Shown here: positions 58,618 to 64,000 of the stretch, piece after piece
How the letters are laid out: the number at the start of each line of letters is the position of its first letter
Numbering within the stretch: position 1 is the stretch's first letter
Assembly (NCBI GenBank): GCA_035292445.1
Contig: DATDQB010000020.1
Coordinates: 91,484-155,483, forward strand
DNA: 64,000 bases
DNA from: Candidatus Omnitrophota bacterium
Lineage (GTDB): Bacteria > Omnitrophota > Gorgyraeia > Zapsychrales > Zapsychraceae
Direction: 5' to 3'
Notes under the pieces: generated by a model
Database searches by the model: none
Told to the model about the DNA's origin: nothing
Seen by the model: only the letters and a program-made list of their open reading frames with translations
Translations under genes and position numbers: made by a program

Positions 58618-59892
58618 TTATTTTTCTAACTTCCTCTTCGCCTCCTCATGCATCCGGGCAAACTCATCTTGCGGCGGGACGATAAAAACCTTAGGGAGGA
58701 TATAGATCAACCAACAAACAGCCGCTACACTCCAAGAAATGGCGGCGTATCCCATAAATTTAAAATATTCATCTGGATAAACGATAACGATTGTCCTTTT
58801 CATCATTGCCAAAGCAAGAGCGAGAAACACTATCCACAAAATAACAAGAGGCTGATTTAACTTTTGCGCTTGGCCGATATGCGAAAGAACGACCATGGTA
58901 GCGATAGCATAGATCATTAAACTAAACCCACCGATAAAGCTTAAATGAAGCGCCACTATTTTATAATCAGGAAAAATGCCCGCTAACCATAGACCTAAAA
59001 CGACCAACCATGCTGATATCCAAGCAAGCTTAATGTAGAAATCTTTCTTTTGAGGAAAATTCAATAATGTCTTCGACCATATAAATTCGGCGGTTACCAC
59101 TAAAGCCCGTAGAAAATAAGCGTATCTGACCATATCCGCGCCCTCCAGCCAGAAGCTTATAAAGAATAAAAATGCGCATCCCGAATGAAAAGAAATAGCG
59201 TACTTCTTTCTCAAAGGCACCGAATGATGCTGACAACAGACCCTTTCATTATCATTGTGTTGATGGGTGTCTGCCTGGTAAGTGCCCATAATACGCGGAA
59301 TGAGAAATCCCCCTACGCCCAGAACCACGCCTAAAATGAATCCCTGCTCCATCATCGGTTTTCCCACTTTGATAACAAATTTAGGCAAAATACCGGCTTC
59401 CCCTAATATAAGCAGAACTGTTCCGATGATGCCATGCAAAACAGCCAGCGGAATCCACATCATTTCTTGAGGGGCATTGCCTTTAGGGCCTTCTTTCTTC
59501 CGACGGGGTATTCTAACGAGAAAAAATCGGATAAGAAAAATAAGCCAAATAATATAAAAAACATGAGCCGCCATCCACTGTTCTATGCGAAGAAATATGG
59601 CTATACCAATGAAAAGAAATAAAAGGGAAAAAACTTCTGATTTACTGGCATAAGAGGTTTGTATAAAGCGTGGAATGAATGTCGTTAAAAAACCTATGAC
59701 AAAACAGTTAATATAGACAAGCGTCTGGATTGAAGAATGAAATTGAGGCGAATAGTTTTGCGCCAATCCAAAGCCGTATAAAATCCATGGGCTAACGCCC
59801 ACCAGCCCCATCCAAATGCCAACAGGAAAGAATAATCGATAAGGCTCACGGCAAACGGCATCAATGGCAGAGAAAATCTTATTAGTCAACAT
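58618..59892 (-). CDS. nnrS: NnrS-family membrane protein
   Basis: EPYRLFFP, H.....GFL.T..P, LH...IGG, V..SH.G; about 12 TM helices. Confidence 0.82.
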   Translation of the reverse strand: MLTNKIFSAIDAVCREPYRLFFPVGIWMGLVGVSPWILYGFGLAQNYSPQFHSSIQTLVYINCFVIGFLTTFIPRFIQTSYASKSEVFSLLFLFIGIAIFLRIEQWMAAHVFYIIWLIFLIRFFLVRIPRRKKEGPKGNAPQEMMWIPLAVLHGIIGTVLLILGEAGILPKFVIKVGKPMMEQGFILGVVLGVGGFLIPRIMGTYQADTHQHNDNERVCCQHHSVPLRKKYAISFHSGCAFLFFISFWLEGADMVRYAYFLRALVVTAEFIWSKTLLNFPQKKDFYIKLAWISAWLVVLGLWLAGIFPDYKIVALHLSFIGGFSLMIYAIATMVVLSHIGQAQKLNQPLVILWIVFLALALAMMKRTIVIVYPDEYFKFMGYAAISWSVAAVCWLIYILPKVFIVPPQDEFARMHEEAKRKLEK

Positions 59893-59904
59893 GTCTTGCG
59901 AAAT

Positions 59905-60597
59905 TTAATTAAAGAGGTGAACGTTCTCCTGTTTCTCAAAACGCGCCTTCAAATCGTTCATCTCTCTGTTGGTATACTGCTCTTTGTCAAGAAATGTTTT
60001 ATCAAGAACTTTGCTGCTGGGCAAAAAAGCTTGGAGCCGATACGCCGTAGCCCCATCCAACAAACCATGTATTTCCTTAATATCTTCCTCGGAAAGAAGT
60101 GTTTTGACAACCGTGGTCCTGAATTCATACTTTAACCCCGATTGAAGAATGATCTCAATGCTTTCTTCGATCTTATCAACAGGAAAAGAAATGCCTATAA
60201 CTTCGTGATAACGGTGTAACGGCGCTTTGACATCCATGGCGATAAAATTAATGAGCTTTAGTTGTATCAATTTACTCAAAACATCGGGACGGCTGCCGTT
60301 TGTATCCAATTTTGTGAGATAGCCCATCCGCTTGAGCCGGTCCAAAAAAGAGATAAGATCGTTTTGGAGGGTTGGTTCCCCTCCGCTTATAACCACGCCC
60401 TCCAAGAAGCCCTTTCGCCTTTGAAGAAAATCAAGCACTTCGCTTTCATCAACGTCGTTCTTGGAGGGCGCAAATGATATGAGCTCGCTGTTGTAACAAT
60501 AAGGGCAGCGAAAATTGCACCCGCGCGTAAAAATAACGGCCGCGATCTTTCCCGGGTACTCGATCAAGCTGAACTTTTGGAATCCGCCTATTTGCAT
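59905..60597 (-). CDS. nrdG: Anaerobic ribonucleotide reductase activating radical SAM protein
   Basis: SLIEYPG, GCNFRCPYC, SGGEPT, KLDTNG, EFRTT. Confidence 0.92.
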   Translation of the reverse strand: MQIGGFQKFSLIEYPGKIAAVIFTRGCNFRCPYCYNSELISFAPSKNDVDESEVLDFLQRRKGFLEGVVISGGEPTLQNDLISFLDRLKRMGYLTKLDTNGSRPDVLSKLIQLKLINFIAMDVKAPLHRYHEVIGISFPVDKIEESIEIILQSGLKYEFRTTVVKTLLSEEDIKEIHGLLDGATAYRLQAFLPSSKVLDKTFLDKEQYTNREMNDLKARFEKQENVHLFN

Positions 60598-62693
60598 ATT
60601 TTATAGGTCTTTCGATTAACAAATTCTTCCTTTTTACCTTTATTCCACTGCTGCACGGGCCTTAAGTAACCAACGACACGCGAGTAAACTTCACAGGCAT
60701 GGTGGCAAGTATTGCAAATCGGCTCCTCTCCTGCTTTGTAACCGCAGCTGGGGCAAACACTAAAGGTCGGGGTAATTGTAAAATACGGCAGATGAAACTG
60801 CTCACAGATGATACGAATCAAATGCTTGAGCCCCTCAACATTGGTGATACGTTCTCCGACAAAGCCATGCAAAACAGTACCGCCGGTATAATGGGTTTGC
60901 AACTCATCCTGGAGCTCCAGCACCTCAAAAATGTCCTCGGAATAGTTGACCGGCAAGTGCGTTGAGTTGGTATAAAACGGCTCGTGCCCTTTCTGGTAAT
61001 CCGCTTCATTGGCGCAAATGATGTTGGGAAAAAGGGCTTTATCGATCTTGGCCAGCCGATAAGACGTCCCTTCGCCCGGTGTCGCCTCGAGATTGTACAT
61101 ATTGCCCGTTTCTTCCTGGAACCCGATAAGCTTCTCTCGCATGAAATCAAGAACGGCTTTGGCAAACTCCTGCCCCTTATCGGAAGCGATATTTTCCCCA
61201 AAAAGATTAAGGCAGGCCTCATTCATGCCGATCAACCCTATCGTTGAAAAATGATTCTTCCAATATTCGTTAAATCGCATTTTTACATCCCGTAAATAAA
61301 ACTTGATATAAGGATAAAGTTCCTGATCGGTAAATTTCTCCAAAACTTTGCGCTTGATTTCAAGGCTCTCCTTGGCCAACTGCATTTTCTGATCCAAGCG
61401 GTGGAAAAAAACCTCCTCATCTTTGGACAGAAAACTCAAACGCGGCATATTGATCGTCACAACGCCGATCGAGCCGGTCAAAGGAGACGCCCCAAATAGG
61501 CCGCCGCCGCGTTTGCGCAACTCGCGGTTGTCCAGCCGCAGCCGGCAACACATGCTGCGCGCATCATCTGGGCTCATATCGGAATTGACAAAATTGGCAA
61601 AATAGGGAATTCCGTATTTTGCGGTCATCTTCCAAAGAAGGTCCAAATTGGAATCGTCCCAATTAAAATCCTTGGTGATATTATAGGTAGGAATGGGAAA
61701 CGTAAAGACACGGCCTTTGGCATCGCCTTCCAGCATCACTTCCATAAAGGCCCGGTTAAACATGTCCTGCTCTTTCTGAAATTCCTTATATGTTTCTTTC
61801 TGGATCTGGCCGCCGATGATGACCCCATGATCGGCATAAAATGAAGGCGGTTTAAGGTCTAAGGTGATATTGGTAAACGGTGTTTGAAAACCAACCCTCG
61901 TCGGCACATTGACATTAAAAACGAATTCTTGCAAGCATTGCTTGAGTTGCTTAGAATCGAGCCCGTCATAACGAATGAATGGCGCCAAAAGGGTATCGAA
62001 GCTCGAAAAAGCTTGTGCGCCGGCGGCTTCGCCTTGCAGCGTATAAAAGAAATTGACGATCTGCCCCAAAGCGCTCCTTAAGTGTTTGGCGGGCGCGGAT
62101 TCCATTTTTCCGGAAGCCCCTTTAAACCCCTGCATCAAAAGATCCTCCAGGTCCCAGCCCACACAATAAACGCTGATAAGACCCAAATCATGGATATGGA
62201 TGTCACCATGGTTATGGGCTTCTTTGATGGGAGACGGATAAATCTTACTTAACCAATAAACTTTACTGACTTCCGATGATAAATAATGATTTAATCCTTG
62301 TAGCGAATAAGCCATGTTGCTGTTCTCATTGACCCGCCAATCGCTTTGATCAAGGTAACGGGAAACCAGATTGATATTAAATTGAGAGGTAATTTCACGA
62401 ATCTGCGCATGTTGCTCACGATAAAGAATGTACGCTTTGGCCGTTTTGCGGTAGGGGGAAGTCAGCAGCACTTCTTCGACGATATCCTGGATTTCTTCCA
62501 CAGAAGGGGCATGCTCCTTAATGGTCTGATGCATAATATTAAGGACCCGTATGGTTAATTTTTTAGCAACATCACGGTTAAATTCGCCCGTTGCCTGCCC
62601 TGCTTTTTGGATGGCGGTTGTTATTTTTTCTGCATCAAAAGCTTCCTCTTTTCCGTTACGTTTGATCACTTTGGTTAACATTTTTATTGTCAT
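60588..62693 (-). CDS. nrdD: Class III ribonucleotide reductase with ATP cone
   Basis: ATP cone, HIHDL, YC, MCCRL, EATP.E, YSRVVGY glycyl-radical motif. Confidence 0.95.
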   Translation of the reverse strand: MTIKMLTKVIKRNGKEEAFDAEKITTAIQKAGQATGEFNRDVAKKLTIRVLNIMHQTIKEHAPSVEEIQDIVEEVLLTSPYRKTAKAYILYREQHAQIREITSQFNINLVSRYLDQSDWRVNENSNMAYSLQGLNHYLSSEVSKVYWLSKIYPSPIKEAHNHGDIHIHDLGLISVYCVGWDLEDLLMQGFKGASGKMESAPAKHLRSALGQIVNFFYTLQGEAAGAQAFSSFDTLLAPFIRYDGLDSKQLKQCLQEFVFNVNVPTRVGFQTPFTNITLDLKPPSFYADHGVIIGGQIQKETYKEFQKEQDMFNRAFMEVMLEGDAKGRVFTFPIPTYNITKDFNWDDSNLDLLWKMTAKYGIPYFANFVNSDMSPDDARSMCCRLRLDNRELRKRGGGLFGASPLTGSIGVVTINMPRLSFLSKDEEVFFHRLDQKMQLAKESLEIKRKVLEKFTDQELYPYIKFYLRDVKMRFNEYWKNHFSTIGLIGMNEACLNLFGENIASDKGQEFAKAVLDFMREKLIGFQEETGNMYNLEATPGEGTSYRLAKIDKALFPNIICANEADYQKGHEPFYTNSTHLPVNYSEDIFEVLELQDELQTHYTGGTVLHGFVGERITNVEGLKHLIRIICEQFHLPYFTITPTFSVCPSCGYKAGEEPICNTCHHACEVYSRVVGYLRPVQQWNKGKKEEFVNRKTYKICK

Positions 62694-62718
62694 AACCTTC
62701 CCCCTCACTTAATTGGTA

Positions 62719-63540
62719 TTAATGGGCTCTATCCGTCGCTACAAAACATCCGTGGCGCCTCATGGTATCCTGCGCATCCAAAGGAGATGACGGCTTCTGC
62801 TCACCATCATAAACACTCACCACGGGTAATCCCGCGAAGCAGTTCTTAATCTTCTTTATATTTTCTTTATCCAACGCAGGCGTTGCCGAAGGTCGTAAGG
62901 GCGTATTGATTTGGATTTCATCGGCGGGTATTTCCCGGACAAGCTTGGCAATCCCACTCGCATCAGGTTGGTTGGTCTCGACAAACATAATTTGCAGTAC
63001 CAATTTGCCGGAAAATTGACGGCTGAACTTCTTGATGCCTTCGATCGTTTGCCCAAACGTCGTTCCGATGATGGGCCGGTTCACCTTCAAGAATACAAAT
63101 TCGCTGGAGGCGTCCAATTTGGCTGAAACATAATCGGCCAAAGCCAGCTCTTCACGAACTTCGGGAAGACCCATTAATGTGGCATTCGTAATAACGGCAA
63201 CCCTCTCTTTTCGCAGCTGTTTGATGCCGCGAATGATCTCGCCTAAATTTTTGGCCAACGTCGGCTCCCCCCGGCCGGATAAAGTCAGATAATCAATACC
63301 GCGGGTTATTTCTTGGTCCACTGAAGAAACCTCTGTAAAGAACCGCTTGATTTCCTCAAGGATTTTATCGGTGGGCGTGAATAGGCCGCGCTCATTCGTA
63401 TAATCACGCGTCCGGCCAAGCTGGCAATAGAGGCAGTTCAAATTACAAATTTTATGGTCACTGCAGATGGGGTCTATCCCCAATGATTTCCCCATGCGCC
63501 ATGATTGAACCGGTCCGTAAATGTAGTTAAATTTCAACAT
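62719..63540 (-). CDS. Radical SAM protein (COG0731-like)
   Basis: YGPV.S.R.G.SLGID, CNLNCLYCQLG, GEPTL. Confidence 0.85.
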   Translation of the reverse strand: MLKFNYIYGPVQSWRMGKSLGIDPICSDHKICNLNCLYCQLGRTRDYTNERGLFTPTDKILEEIKRFFTEVSSVDQEITRGIDYLTLSGRGEPTLAKNLGEIIRGIKQLRKERVAVITNATLMGLPEVREELALADYVSAKLDASSEFVFLKVNRPIIGTTFGQTIEGIKKFSRQFSGKLVLQIMFVETNQPDASGIAKLVREIPADEIQINTPLRPSATPALDKENIKKIKNCFAGLPVVSVYDGEQKPSSPLDAQDTMRRHGCFVATDRAH

Positions 63541-63559
63541 CGATTAATCTCTTGTTATT

Positions 63560-63625
63560 ACTATATAGAAATGAATAAATTTATAAATAAGATATACTAC
63601 TTAAAAAGCTACGTACAATTACGTA
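63560..63625 (-). promoter_or_regulatory. Paired 16-bp boxes (63588-63603, 63610-63625) plus -10-like TATAGT
   Basis: taagatatactactta and tacgtacaattacgta, starts 22 bp apart. Confidence 0.65.
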
Positions 63626-63718
63626 ACACCGATCAGGCAAATATTGTGAAAGAATTCATGGAAAGCCAATCAAATTGTGGTATGTTAAAGAAAATAAATC
63701 ATAAGGGAATTCCATTAA

Positions 63719-64000
63719 ATGGCCAAAGACGGATACCAATCCAAGAAACCAGGCTGGCTGATCAAGGCCTATAACAATTACGATTTCTTGAACAGCCCCG
63801 TTGCCCGCCCGGTCCGGATTCTGTCAGAAATGATCGAACCGGCGCACCGGTTGCGTAAGCACGGCATTCATAACACGGTCGTCTTCTTCGGCTCCGCCAA
63901 GACAATCCCCCACGCGCAAGCCCAGAAGAATTTAAGAATGATCGAAAAGAAAGCCGATCAAACGAAACATCATGCCTCTACCATAAAAAATGAGCTGGAG
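63719..64000 (+). CDS. LOG-family (TIGR00730-like) nucleotide-binding protein, partial
   Basis: Hand translation MAKDG...KAY.N.DFLNS..ARPVRILSE..EP...TVVFFGSA; runs off the window. Confidence 0.8.
   Translation, partial: MAKDGYQSKKPGWLIKAYNNYDFLNSPVARPVRILSEMIEPAHRLRKHGIHNTVVFFGSAKTIPHAQAQKNLRMIEKKADQTKHHASTIKNELE

Noticed and set aside
46995-58670. Classical integrative element or prophage att pair
   Set aside because: No integrase, transposase or tRNA; kept only as a recombination-scar hypothesis
63505-63774. 89-aa plus-strand ORF
   Set aside because: Spans the AT-rich divergent promoter region and overlaps the LOG gene in another frame

Overview
64-kb chromosomal window from a diderm bacterium (TonB receptor, Mla system, PEP-CTERM protein, Tat). 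Gene content and style resemble PVC-superphylum lineages such as Ca. Omnitrophota, but this is inference: the window has no marker gene. Four blocks. (1) 1-16.9 kb: minus-strand surface-polysaccharide/unusual-sugar operon under a MarR-type regulator, interrupted by a four-helix-bundle cassette inside long heptamer-periodic inverted repeats. (2) 16.9-20.3 kb: cobalamin uptake unit with a Cbl riboswitch. (3) 20.3-46.9 kb: housekeeping, envelope and signalling genes. (4) 46.9-63.6 kb: anaerobiosis block with an anammox/Nitrospira-type periplasmic NXR/NAR cluster, Moco genes with a Moco riboswitch, nnrS and class III RNR. Main hand-read observations: the NXR block is bracketed by a duplicated nnrS 3' end; a paired 16-bp palindrome (TAxGTA-N4-TACxTA) recurs with fixed geometry at three promoters and singly over the start of a PAS-kinase/NarL-type operon; and several families of small palindromic elements have invaded UTRs, a riboswitch and a coding linker. 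No searches or computations were run; family calls rest on recognised motifs.
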